The notes under the pieces: model-generated
What the model was told of the DNA's origin: nothing
The model's database searches: none
Seen by the model: the letters and a program-made list of their open reading frames with translations, nothing else
Source of the DNA: the human T2T-CHM13v2.0 reference genome, Homo sapiens
Strand: one strand, 5' to 3'
Length of the DNA stretch: 64,000 bases
Assembly (NCBI RefSeq): GCF_009914755.1
Contig: NC_060947.1
Shown: one piece after another, positions 53,214 to 64,000 of the stretch
Layout: each line of letters opens with the position of its first letter
Numbering within the stretch: position 1 is the stretch's first letter
Program-made: the position numbers and the translations under genes

Positions 53214-56200
53214 TGAAGACAATAAATTGCCTTGTTAAAATAATGTTAATAGATTGGATTTGAAGAGCCAGGAAACACATTTTCAGCTCATGCAAGTAGA
53301 AGAAATATTAGTATTAAATATTTAATATCTAAAATTGGACATTATGAAGTAATACCAGCATAAACCAGAGGCTTAAAAGGTGAATTTGGCAGGATTTACT
53401 TATAAATGTGATTATATAAATACAGTCAGCATTTACAATGAAAAAATCCATTATGATGGAAATGTCCAAAGTAGGTAGCCACTGTTAAATATTTACATAG
53501 TACTGCCAATGGTGGTTGTAGTTTAAAAAGTAGTGTGAATAGCATGAAATTATAAAAACAATTAACTCAAAATAGTTGCAGATATAAATCATTGTAATAC
53601 CTTTAATTAACAGTGCCAAGACTGTGATGGTAGGTTTCCTGATGGTGGGTTTTGGAGGATGGTACATTACAAAGAGGGTTGGAAGGCATAGTGAAAATGT
53701 TTGTCCCTGAAACTCAGTCACTTGTGTATTGTTGGTTGAAGAATGTGTCTCTCCTACCAGGGATAGTAGTTACATTTTTGATCAATTAGAAGGCTTCTTG
53801 GGAATTACATATAGAAAAAGAAGGAAACACCTGCAAACCAGCAAATTCGCCAAATCAACCCTTGTGATATGGAATGTCTTCTATGGCAGCCAAATTGCTC
53901 TCAAATCCAGCTGGCTGCTTTAAGGACAAAGTCACATTAGTTATGTGAACTAGAATTTATATGATTTTGTGCTATATAAACTTTGTGTATAAATGAAAGA
54001 CTTGTTCAACTACTCATACACTTGCAAATGCTCATTTCTCTAGGCTTGCAGGGTTGCAAATATAATATGGATTATCTTTTCTTCAAAGTCTGATTTTCTA
54101 ACGAGCCACTTTTTATGTATCTCTTACTTGATGGCACTAGGCTTATTTAAGAAACAGAAATATCTAAACTCAGGGAAAGCACCTTTCTTCATGTTAATTC
54201 TAAACCTAATCCCCACCCAAACAAAAACCTGGTCAGTGCTAAGAAGCTCTGAGAAATAAGAATGTTGTTTAGTCTTCCTTAAAGGAATTGGAAAACCAAG
54301 CTGTACTTGTACCTAGATTGCATAGGTAGCTATCACTTGTTGTATAGCTTGTGAATTTAAAGAAAAAAAGTGAATGAAGCTTTTTACTACACAGATACTC
54401 TTCCAGGACTTTCTTAATTCTTGAATTCCACTATTGTTTAGACAGAGTTATGTGACCCCAAGAAACATTGGCTGGGGCTAAAATATGGATTTTTATGTGT
54501 ATAATAAAACTGTATTGTGTAGATTGATGGATGTTTTTCATTTCTAAGAAAGGCAATTTCCTGTTGGATGGGAAAAGGGGCCTTCAGTGGGCACTAAATA
54601 ATTGAATGGAATAAAATTCCATCAGCTAACTGTTGATCACTGTTTAATCTATTGACAGGAGGATATTTTCAACTCAATCTTCTTTTCCTGCCTAACGGAA
54701 AATGGGTAAATATACTAACTCCTAGGAAAATATGGCAAAGTAGGCATTTTTATTTCTATTTTAGTATTTCTAGATATATGCAGTATAGTCTTTTTTTTCT
54801 TCTCCTAACCACATCTGTCCTAACAGCATTACATTTTAAAGTATAATGTCCCCTTTCAATCACTGTGACTGCTAACTTTATCATCTGTGAAAGCTTCCCC
54901 AGAGGTTGATCTCTTCAGAAGCAGAGATTTTTCTTAACTGGTCTATCAAGATTTTTTTCTTGATCATGGGATTTGTCTAAAAACAGAGGTTTTTGCATGT
55001 GTTTTTTTCTTTATACACTTCCTAAGCAGTGTGGATTTTGCCTCACCACATTTCTTCTTTACCCTTGGGTATTCTTAGAGGTCAGCCAGTAAAAGTAGAG
55101 TCCCCAGGAGGGTTCCAATGCCTCAGAGTCAGGGTAAGCCACTTTTGCTATTTACATTATAAAATGATGTGATTAAATCCAGTTCTAGAGAAAAATGCTT
55201 CCCTGATTGTGTTGCAATTCTGCCATTACTTTGCAGAAAAAGAGCACAGCTGGGGTGAGCTTTGATGCCTTAAGGCCCTGATTTTTTGATAGATTAGAAG
55301 AAATCTGTGTAGCAGGATTTGTTGATAAATTTACTTTTCTCCATTTATAAGTAGTACAATGGACAGGTATTTTTATCAAGTAGAGCAGCACTGAAAAAAA
55401 CACTCAACTGGCATGTTGTAGAGTGAGTGGGATAATCATAAGCCAAGGCAAGTGTATTGATGTTACCATGGTACCCATTTGGAAATACTTAATGCTTGCA
55501 GTGTTCACTGTGGACAATGGATAAGTAAGGTTTAAGAGCTATCACTTCCATCCCTGCAGGCTTGGGAGCACTCTCAACAGCTACAATACAGCAATAAAAT
55601 GAAATTTTAAAATATCCCTCATACATTATGTATGTAACCTTTGTATTTCAGTGTATAACCTTGAGGTTGGTTACTTCTTAGACATAATCCATCCTCATTA
55701 TTTTCTGACTTGCCATTCAACTTCATGGTTCTCTTCACCTTCTTGCCCTTCCTCAATAAGTTAGAAACTCTTTTAAGCACAGCAACCAGGTTCTTTCCTG
55801 TCCCTCTCTACCATGTAGCACAATGCTTTGCACCCGCTAGACATTTGCTAAAGATTTTTAAAAGCATATAAAGTGAGGATGTTTTTACATTATTAGGAAA
55901 TTATACAGGGGATAAACTTTTATACTTAGTGATACCTACATTTGATGAATGATTGAAACTGTCACATTTGTTCATTAAGTATAGACATTTGTTGTCTTCA
56001 CACTCCTGTCCTTTTGCTCTTCTCTTTCTCTATTCTTTCTCCTGGAGTGCTCATTACCTTGAATAACTTTCATCAATCATTTCCATGTTGATGACGCTGT
56101 AACTTAGAGTTTAAAGCTTGCCCTCTGTTTTAATTTCTACTTTCATTTCTTGCTACCACCTCAAATTCAATCATGTCCAGAGTTATCACCAGAATAAGCT

Positions 56201-56433
56201 TTCTTCTCCTAAATTTTGTATTGGCCAGTAATTTTACCATTTATCAGTTTGTGAATGCTTTATTTTGTTCCTCATGACTGCCTCTCTGACTTAATGTTAC
56301 TATATTTTGTGCCCTTATTATCTCTTGGATTAATTTCTTTTCTTGCTGTCAATCAGTCTAGAAATTACTCCAAACCATGCTTACTTTGCAGCATCCTAAT
56401 TAGTCTTTCTGATTCTATTCACTTTCCTCTTTA

Positions 56434-56540
56434 GGAGTTGGAAAACGTTTCTTTTGCAATGGACTAAATAGTAAATACGTTAAACTCTGCAGGCCATATG
56501 GTTTCCGTTGCAATTACTCAACTCTTCCATAGACAGTATT
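56434..56540. mobile_element. MER58A-like fragment
   Basis: atagtaaata...gcaggccatatggtttccgttgcaattactcaactct. Confidence 0.7.
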
Positions 56541-56599
56541 TGTATGTATATGTACACATATAATACGTGTATGCCTGCGCATATGCATAATAATTAAAT

Positions 56600-56822
56600 G
56601 AGTGGGTTTTGGAGTGATGGAGACCTTGGAACAAATCTTGGCTCTAACACTAGAGTTTTGAGATCTTGGCCAAGTTTCTTAGCTCCTACAAACCCCAGTT
56701 TACTTGTCTGTAAAACAGGCATACTTTTCATCTCACAGGGTTTTTTGCAAGGTCCAAATAAAACGATAGGGAAAAATCTCTCAGCATACTAAATAAATGT
56801 GTTCAATAAATATTAGCTATTT
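56600..56822 (+). mobile_element. MIR SINE
   Basis: caaatcttggctctaacact...tctgtaaaacagg...gttcaataaatattagctatt. Confidence 0.75.
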
Positions 56823-56824
56823 CA

Positions 56825-57260
56825 TCAAATAAACCAACTACATTTATTGAAGGTCTATTGTGAGGCAGAATTAATCTAATTATAAGGCATACAAAAATGC
56901 CTACATGTTCCCTGCATTTGAGAGTTCTATAGTTTATGAGGAGAGGTCAACCTTAGGTGGGTTAATTACAGGGTAATAGGGATAAATATTATAATAGAGA
57001 CATATAAAAAGTATTACTAGCAGGTAGGGAACCCTTGAAAGAGAAGGCAGAATTTGAGCTGGATCATGAGGGAAGAGTAGAAGAGGTTCACTGGAAAGGG
57101 AAAGTGGGGGAGAATTTTTCGGGTAAAGGCAAGCAAAAACAAAGGTATTATTTTAGTCCCGGTATGCTTGGGGCTATCTATGGGAAGTCTAGTCTGATAG
57201 AGATAAGGCTGAACAAAAAGGCTAGCCAGGTTGTGACGGGCCTCCCAAAGGGATTCATTT
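56825..57260 (-). mobile_element. L2 fragment
   Basis: acatttattgaaggtctattgtgaggcag...ccctgcatttgagagttctatagt...atttgagctggatcatga. Confidence 0.6.
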
Positions 57261-57479
57261 GCATGTGGAGTTGTGGCATGCCTTATCACTGTCATTTAAA
57301 AACATATATCAAGTAATTTATCAATATTTTATGCAGATTGCAGTTAACTCTGATATAGTCATGGGCAGGCAATAACATACCTCTGTACTTTTTAGTTTAC
57401 TTGTGAACTCTTTATTTTTTAGTGTTTACCAGAAGGTCAAGTAGGCAGAAACCAAACATTGAAGTTAAGGGAAATACAC

Positions 57480-57910
57480 TGTGATGGTTAATATTGAGTG
57501 TCAACTTGATTGGATTGAAGGATGCAAAGTATTGACCCTGGGTGTGTCTGTGAGGGTGTTGCCAAAGGAGGTTAACATTTGAGTCAGTGGGCTGGGGAAG
57601 GCAGACCCACCCTTAATCTGGTGGGCACAATCTAATCAGCTGCCAGCGAATATAAAGCAGGCAGAAAAACGTGAAAGGGCGAGACTGACCTAGCCTCTGA
57701 GCCGACATCTTTCTCCCATGCTGGATGCTTCTTGCCCTCAAACATTGGACTCCAAGTTCTTCAGTTTTGAGACTCGGACTGGCTCTCCTTGCTCCTCAAG
57801 CTTGCAGACAACCTCTTGTGGGAGCTTGTGATCATGTAAGTTAATACTTAATAAACTCCCCTTTATACATCCTATTACTTCTGTCCCTTTAGGGAACCCT
57901 GACTAATACA
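57480..57910 (+). mobile_element. MLT2A (MLT2A1-like, HERV-L) solo LTR
   Basis: tgtgatggttaatattgagtgtcaacttgattggattgaagg...gaaccctgactaataca. TSD tacac/tacag. Confidence 0.92.
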
Positions 57911-58685
57911 TACAGAGAAACTGTTTGTGGGGAAAAAACACAAATTGGTCATTTGGAACTATAGTGACCAAGTACACAATTCAGGAGAGAGAAATTCATA
58001 GGAATAAAAATGGCATAATAGAATATGGGTTTTATCTATATAAGATTATGTCATCTGTGAACAGAGATAATTTTACTTCTTCCTTCCTGAATTGAATGCC
58101 TTTTATTTTTATACTTGCCTAATTGTTCGGGCTAGGACTTCTTATACCATTTAGAACAGGAGTGGCAGAAGCAGGCATTTCTGTCTTGTTCCTGATCTTA
58201 AAGGAAAATCTTACAGTCTTTCACCACTGAGTATGATGTTAGTTGTGGACTTTTTATCTATGACTTTTATTATTTTGGGGTAATTTCCTTCTATTCCTCA
58301 TTTTTGTGTGTCTCTATTATGAATGGGTATTGAATCTTGTCAAATGCTTTTTCAGCGTCATTTGAAATGATCATGTGGTTTTTTTCCTTCATTCTGTGAA
58401 TGTGGTGTGTCACATTGATTGACTTCAGATGTTGAAATATCCTTGCATTCCAGATATAAATATCATGGTATATAATACTTTTAATGTGTTGTTGTTGAAT
58501 TCAGCTTGCTTGCATTTTTTTGGGGATTTTTGCCCCAATTTTCATCAGACAAATTCGTCTCTAGTTGTCTTGTAGTGTTTTGTCTGGCTTTGGTATCAGG
58601 TTAATGCAGGCCTCATAAAATGATTTTTGAAGTATTCACTCTTCTTAAATTGTTTGGAAGAGTTTGAGAAAGACCGACGTTAATT

Positions 58686-59053
58686 TGTATTAGTCCGTTT
58701 TCAGACTGCTATAAAGAACTGCCTGAGACTAAGTATTTTGTAAAGGAAAGAGGTTTAATTGACTCACAGCTCCACATGGCTGGGGAGGCCTCAGGAAACT
58801 TACAGTCATGGCAGGAGGTGAAGGGAAAGCAAGCACCTTCTTCAAGGTAGCAGGAGAGAGAAGAAAGCAGGGGAAACCGCCACTTATAAAACCATCAGAT
58901 CTCATGAGAACTCACTATCATGAGAACATCACAGGGGAAACCACCTCCATGATTCAATCACTTCCTACCAGGTCCCTCCCGTGACATGTGGGGATTATGA
59001 GGATTATAAGTCAAGATGAGATTTGGGTGGGGACACAGAGCCAAATCATATCA
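58686..59053 (-). mobile_element. THE1 (C/D-like) solo LTR
   Basis: tgtattagtccg...ccaaatcatatca. Perfect TSD taatt. Confidence 0.93.
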
Positions 59054-59105
59054 TAATTCTTCTTTAAATGTTTGGTGAAATTTTCCAGCAAAGACATCTG
59101 GTTCT

Positions 59106-59828
59106 ACAAAAACTAACAGATGCTGGCAAGGATATGGAGAAAGGGAACCCTTGTACACTGTTGGTGGGAATGTAAATTAGTACAGTCAGCATGGAAAACA
59201 GTATAGACATGTCTCAAAAAACTAAAAATAGAGCTACCATATGATCCAGCAATCCCACTTTTGGGTATCTACCCAAAGGGGGAAAAATCAGTATATCAAA
59301 GGAATACCTGTACTTGTGTTTATTACAGCACTATTCACAATAGCAAACATACAGAATTAACCTAAGTGCCCATCAAGGGATGAATGGATAAAGAAAATGA
59401 GGCATATATGCACAATAGAATACCATTTAGCCACACAAAAAAGAATGAAATATGTCATTTGCAACAACATGGATGGAACCAGAGGTCATTATGTTGAGAG
59501 TAGAATGATAGATGCCAGTGGCTGGGAAGGGTGGGTACATGGTAGGGGACAAAGGAGAAGTTGGTTAATGGGTATAAACATACAGTTAGCTAGAAGGAAT
59601 AAGTTCTAATGTTTGACAGCAGAGTCAAGTAACCATAGTTAAAAACAATGCATTGTATATTTCAAAATATCTAGAAGAGAGGACTTGAAATGTTCCCAAA
59701 ACATAGACATGATAAATACTGGAAGTGATGGACACCCCAAATACCTTCACTTGATAATTATACATTCTATGGATGTGACAAAGTATCACATGTATACCAT
59801 AAATATATACAAATATGTATCAATCAAA
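59106..59828 (+). mobile_element. 5'-truncated L1MA nested in L1M
   Basis: cagatgctggcaaggatatggagaaagggaac...aaatatgtatcaatc. TSD aaagacatctggttct / aaagacatttggtcct. Confidence 0.88.
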
Positions 59829-60061
59829 AAAGACATTTGGTCCTGAACTTTTCTTTGTTTGGAGGTTTTTGATTACTGATTCAATCGTCTTACTAGTTAT
59901 TAGTCTGTTTTGCATTTCTTTATGATTCAGTCTTGGTAGGTTGTGTGTTTGTAGAGATTTATCCATTTCTTCTAGGTTATTCAATTTGTTGGCCTACTAT
60001 TGTTTATAGTATTGTCTTATCCTTTTTATTTCTGTGGCACGACTTGTAATACCTTCTCTTT

Positions 60062-60366
60062 TGTCTTAGTCTGTTGGTTCTGATACAACAAAATACCTTT
60101 GAGTGGGTCATTTGTAAACAATAGAAATTTATTTCTCACAGTTCTAGAGGCTGGGAAGTCCAAGATCAAGGCACCAACAGGTTCACTGTCTGATGAGGGC
60201 CAGGTTTCTGTTTCCAAGATGTCTGCTTCCTTCAGAGTAGATCACATCCATGAGGGCTCTGCCCTCTTTACTTAATTACTTCCTAAAGGCCCCACCTCTT
60301 AATACTATGACATTGGCAATTAAGTTTCAACATGTGAATTTGGGGAGACACATTCAGACCATAGTA
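60062..60366 (-). mobile_element. MLT1A-type MaLR solo LTR
   Basis: tgtcttagtctg...atttctcacagttctagaggctgggaagtccaagatcaagg...cagaccatagta. Perfect TSD tcttt. Confidence 0.88.
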
Positions 60367-60629
60367 TCTTTTATTTCTGATTTTGCTTATTGGAGTCTTC
60401 TCTTTATTTCTTAATCTAGCTAAGAGTTTATCAATTTTGTTTATTTTTCAAAAAAGCAGCTCCTAGTTTTGTTGATTTTTTTCTATTTCTTTTCTATTCT
60501 CCATTTCATTTATCTCTGCTATAATCTTTATTATTTTCTTCATTCTGCTATCTTTGGGTTTAGTTTGTTGTTCTTTATCTAGTTCCCTGAGGCATAAAGT
60601 TACGTTGTTTATTTGAGATCTTTCTACAT

Positions 60630-61680
60630 TTTATATTTTTAACTATTATTTTAGGTTTGAGGGTACATGTGCAGGTTTGTTATATAGGTAAACTTGTGCC
60701 ATGGGGATTTGTTGTACAGATTATTTCACTACCCAGGTACTAAGCCTAGTACCCAACAGTTATTTTTTTCTGATTCTCTGTCTCCTTCCACCCTCTAACC
60801 TCAGGCAGTCCCCAGTGTCTGTTGTTCCTTTCTTTGCATTCATGAGTTCTCTTCATCTAGCTCCTATTTATCAGTGATAACATGTGGTATTTGATTTTCT
60901 CTTCCTGTGTTAGTTTGCTAAGGATAATGGCCTCCAGCTCCATCCATGTTCCTACAAAATACATGATCACCTTCTTTTTTATGGCAGCATAGTATTCCTT
61001 AGTGTATATGTACCACATTTTCTTTATCCAAAGTATCATTGATAGACATTTAGGTCGATTCCACATCTTTGCTATTGTGGATAGTGCTGCAGTGAACATT
61101 CACGTGTATGTGTCTTTATGATAGAATGATTTATATTTCTCTGAGTATATACCCAGTAATGAGATTGCTGGGTTGAATGGTAGTTCTGTTTTTAGCTTTT
61201 GGAGGAATCTCTATACTGCTTTCCATAATGGTTGAACTAATTTACACTCCCACCAACAGTGTATAAGTGTTCCTTTTTCTTCACAACCTCACCAGCATCT
61301 GTTATTTTTTTGACTTTTTAATGGTAGCCACTCTGACTGGTGTGAGATAATATCTCATTGTGGTTTTGATTTACATTTCTCTAATGATCAGTGATAATGA
61401 GTTTTTTTCATATGCTTTTTGGCCACATGTATGTCTTCTTTTGAAAACTGTCCATGTCTTTTGCCCACTTTTTAATGGGGTTGGTTTTTTTCTTGTAGAT
61501 TTTTCTTCTGAATTTTTGTGTAATATTTTTTTCTTGTAAATTAGCTCTTTGTACATGCTGGATATTAGACCTTTGTCAGATGCATAGTTTGCAAATATTT
61601 TCTCCCATTCTGTAGGTTGTCTGTTTACTCTATTGATAGTTTCTCTTGCTGTGCAGAAGCTCTTGTTTAATTAGATCCTA
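60630..61680 (-). mobile_element. 5'-truncated L1PA15/16-like element
   Basis: gggtacatgtgcaggtttgttatataggtaaac...cccaggtactaagcctagtaccc 3'UTR, plus ORF2 C-terminal remnant. Confidence 0.88.
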
Positions 61681-62332
61681 TATGCCACTTTGGTTATTAT
61701 TTGCATGGGACATCTTTTTCCATCCCTTCACTTTCAGCCTGTGTGTGTCATTAAATCTAAAATGAATTTCTTGCAGACAGTGTATAGTTAGACACTGTTT
61801 TGTTAAAAAAAAATCTGTTAGGCTAATCTATGTCTTTTGATTGAGAACTTTAGTCCATATTAAAATAATACTTTCAAAAGTATTCATTTATGAATTTACC
61901 TTTACTGGAGAACGCTATATTTTTGTACGCTTTGAGGTACTACCCAGAATCCTTTCATTTTAACTTGAAGAATAGTCTTTAGCATTTCTTTTAGGGCGTG
62001 TCTAGTGGTAATAGACTCCCTCAGCTTATGTTTGTCTGAGAATGTCTTAAGATCTCTCTCATTTTTGAAGGACAGTTTTGCCAGATATAAAATTTTCACT
62101 TTTCTTTCAGCATTTTACCTATATAATCCCATTGCCTTATGGCCTGTAAGGTTTCTGCTTAGAAATCCACTGATAATATTATTGAGGATCCCTTTTATGT
62201 GATGAGTTGCTTTTCTCTTGCTGCTCTCCAGATTCTCCTTTAACAGTTTTATTATAATGTTTCTCTGTGTGGGTGTCTTTGGATTTATGCTACTTGGAAT
62301 TCATTGAATTTTCGGATTTGTAGACCTGTGTT

Positions 62333-62661
62333 TGTTATAGTTGACGTTTGCATTTCCCAAAGTTTATACGTTGATGTACAAACCCCCAGTGGAATGGTAT
62401 TTAGCGGAGCCCTCAATGTGGGATTAGTGACAACAGTGAGCTTGCACCCTCTTTTCATATGCACACAACAAAGAGGTCATGTGAGCATACAGCAACATGG
62501 TGGCTGCCTGCAAACCAGGAGAAGACGTCTCAGAATGAAATCTATACTGGTTCCTTGATCCTGGACCTTCCAGCCTCCAGAACTGTGAAAAAACAAATTT
62601 ACATTTTTTAAGCCACCCAGTCTATGGTATTTTGTTATGACAATCTGAGCAGACTAAGACC
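62333..62661 (+). mobile_element. MLT1A-type MaLR solo LTR
   Basis: aaagaggtcatgtgagca...ccagcctccagaactgtga...gcagactaagac. Confidence 0.82.
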
Positions 62662-64000
62662 ATGTCTTTCCTTAAATTTGGAAAGTTTCTAGCCATTATT
62701 TCTTTAAGTAATGCCCTTTCCTTTTCTCTCTCTCTTCTCCTTCTGAGACTCCCATTATGTGTATTTGGCCCACTTGATGGTGTCCCATGAATCTTTTAGG
62801 GTCTTTACTTTTCTTCATTATTTTTGCTCCTCAGACTCAATAATTTCAAGGACCTGTCTTCAGGTTCACTGATGCTTTCTTCTGCCTGTTTGAGCTTTAG
62901 AATTTCAGCTTTAGAATTTCTGTTTTGTTCTTTTAGAAATAATTTCTCTTTGTTGATATTCTTATTTTGTTTATATATCATTTTCCTGGTTTTCTTTGGT
63001 TCTTATAGGTGTTTGAGCATATTTAAGGCAATTATTTTAAAGTATTTGTCTAATAAACATAATTCCTGTATTTCTTCAGAGATAGTTTCTGGAGATTTAT
63101 TTTGTTCCTTTGAGTGGGTCATGTTGTTCTGTTTCTTCTTGTACCTTTTGATCTGCTGTTGAAAATTGGGCATTTGCAAAAATAGTCACTTCTCCCAGTC
63201 TTTGAGACTTGCCTCAAAGACCACCACTAATTAGTGGGCCCTTGAGCCTTAGGGATTAGTCCAGCGTGAAGGCTTAATTCTCAGGTCTCTTCTGGGCATG
63301 CATCCTGCCTGTTTGTGTGCCCTTTTTTTTTATTCCCCTGTATACATTGCTGTTTTAAAATTTCTTAATTTCCCATAGATTCTTACCCCAGTTTTTTTCA
63401 GGGTATTACATATTCCGCTGTATTCCTCTGCCCACAATATCTTGCACCTGGCGTCTGAAGGTCTGCAATCCTCCTGCCGTTTTCCCATACTATGGCACCC
63501 ACCATTGCCTTCCCTGGCTTCTGCTAGCTTGAGATCCAAACTATTCTACTATTCCCTGTCCGAGCTCTGAGTCAGGCAAACAGAAACCAGACGCTTGAAC
63601 AGCCTATGGACAGGATAGAACATTGCAAATATCTTCTCTTTTTTTTCTGGCTCAAGGAAGGGAACCAGGCATTGGGCCACTTCCTCCTGAATTCACTGTT
63701 CTGGGGAGAATGTGGGCAAAGGTCAAAAAAAGCCAAAAATTTCCTACCATTTTGAATGAAGCTTTTTGTTGATTAGGTGTTTGCTTCATTGCTATAGATG
63801 TTTGACTAGGGGTCTATAAAGTTATTTTAGTCAATCTATAGTTTTTTTTAATGTTTCCATGGAAGAATGAGGACTTGGAGCTTTCTAGTCTGCCATCTTG
63901 CTGATGTCACTCTCAGAATAGGAGTTTTAAAGCAGAGCAAAACCAATATGAATAAAGAAATGGAATTTCATTTGGAAAGTTTACCCTAGTCTCAAAGACT

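Larger units (their letters stand above)
58025..63912 (-). mobile_element. Old L1M element (5'UTR, ORF1, part of ORF2; 3' end missing) with five nested insertions
   Basis: Collinear antisense L1 segments. ORF1 piece ILYLAKLSFKNERDLKTFSDKHKLRE. 5' end ctgccatcttgctga near 63900. Confidence 0.75.

Overview
AT-rich, CpG-poor primate (human-like) genomic DNA dominated by interspersed repeats. No recognisable host protein-coding exon, RNA gene or prokaryote-type system is present. The long ORFs are broken LINE-1 ORF1/ORF2, MaLR-internal or antisense artefacts. Main contents: a full-length but decayed L1PA7-like element (6463-12446); an L1MA element (about 14640-27510) carrying a nested MSTA LTR and a nested full-length L1PB1-like element; a second nested L1M cluster (58025-63912); four Alus; MaLR/ERVL LTRs (MLT1, MST, THE1, MLT2A); DNA transposon relics (MADE2, MER5A, MER58, MER63); and MIR/L2/HAL1 fragments. 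All four Alus and all long L1s are on the minus strand, which suggests a large intron of a plus-strand gene. The most interesting observations are a TSD-flanked 'mini-L1' (promoter joined directly to the 3' tail through a fold-back insertion), an open ORF0-like frame, two small plus-strand exon candidates, DUX4-motif LTR promoters with splice donors, an 18-bp minisatellite in an L1 5'UTR, and very short TSD-flanked L1 tails. I found no convincing evidence of a new biological system. Subfamily names come from recalled consensus features, not from a database search.
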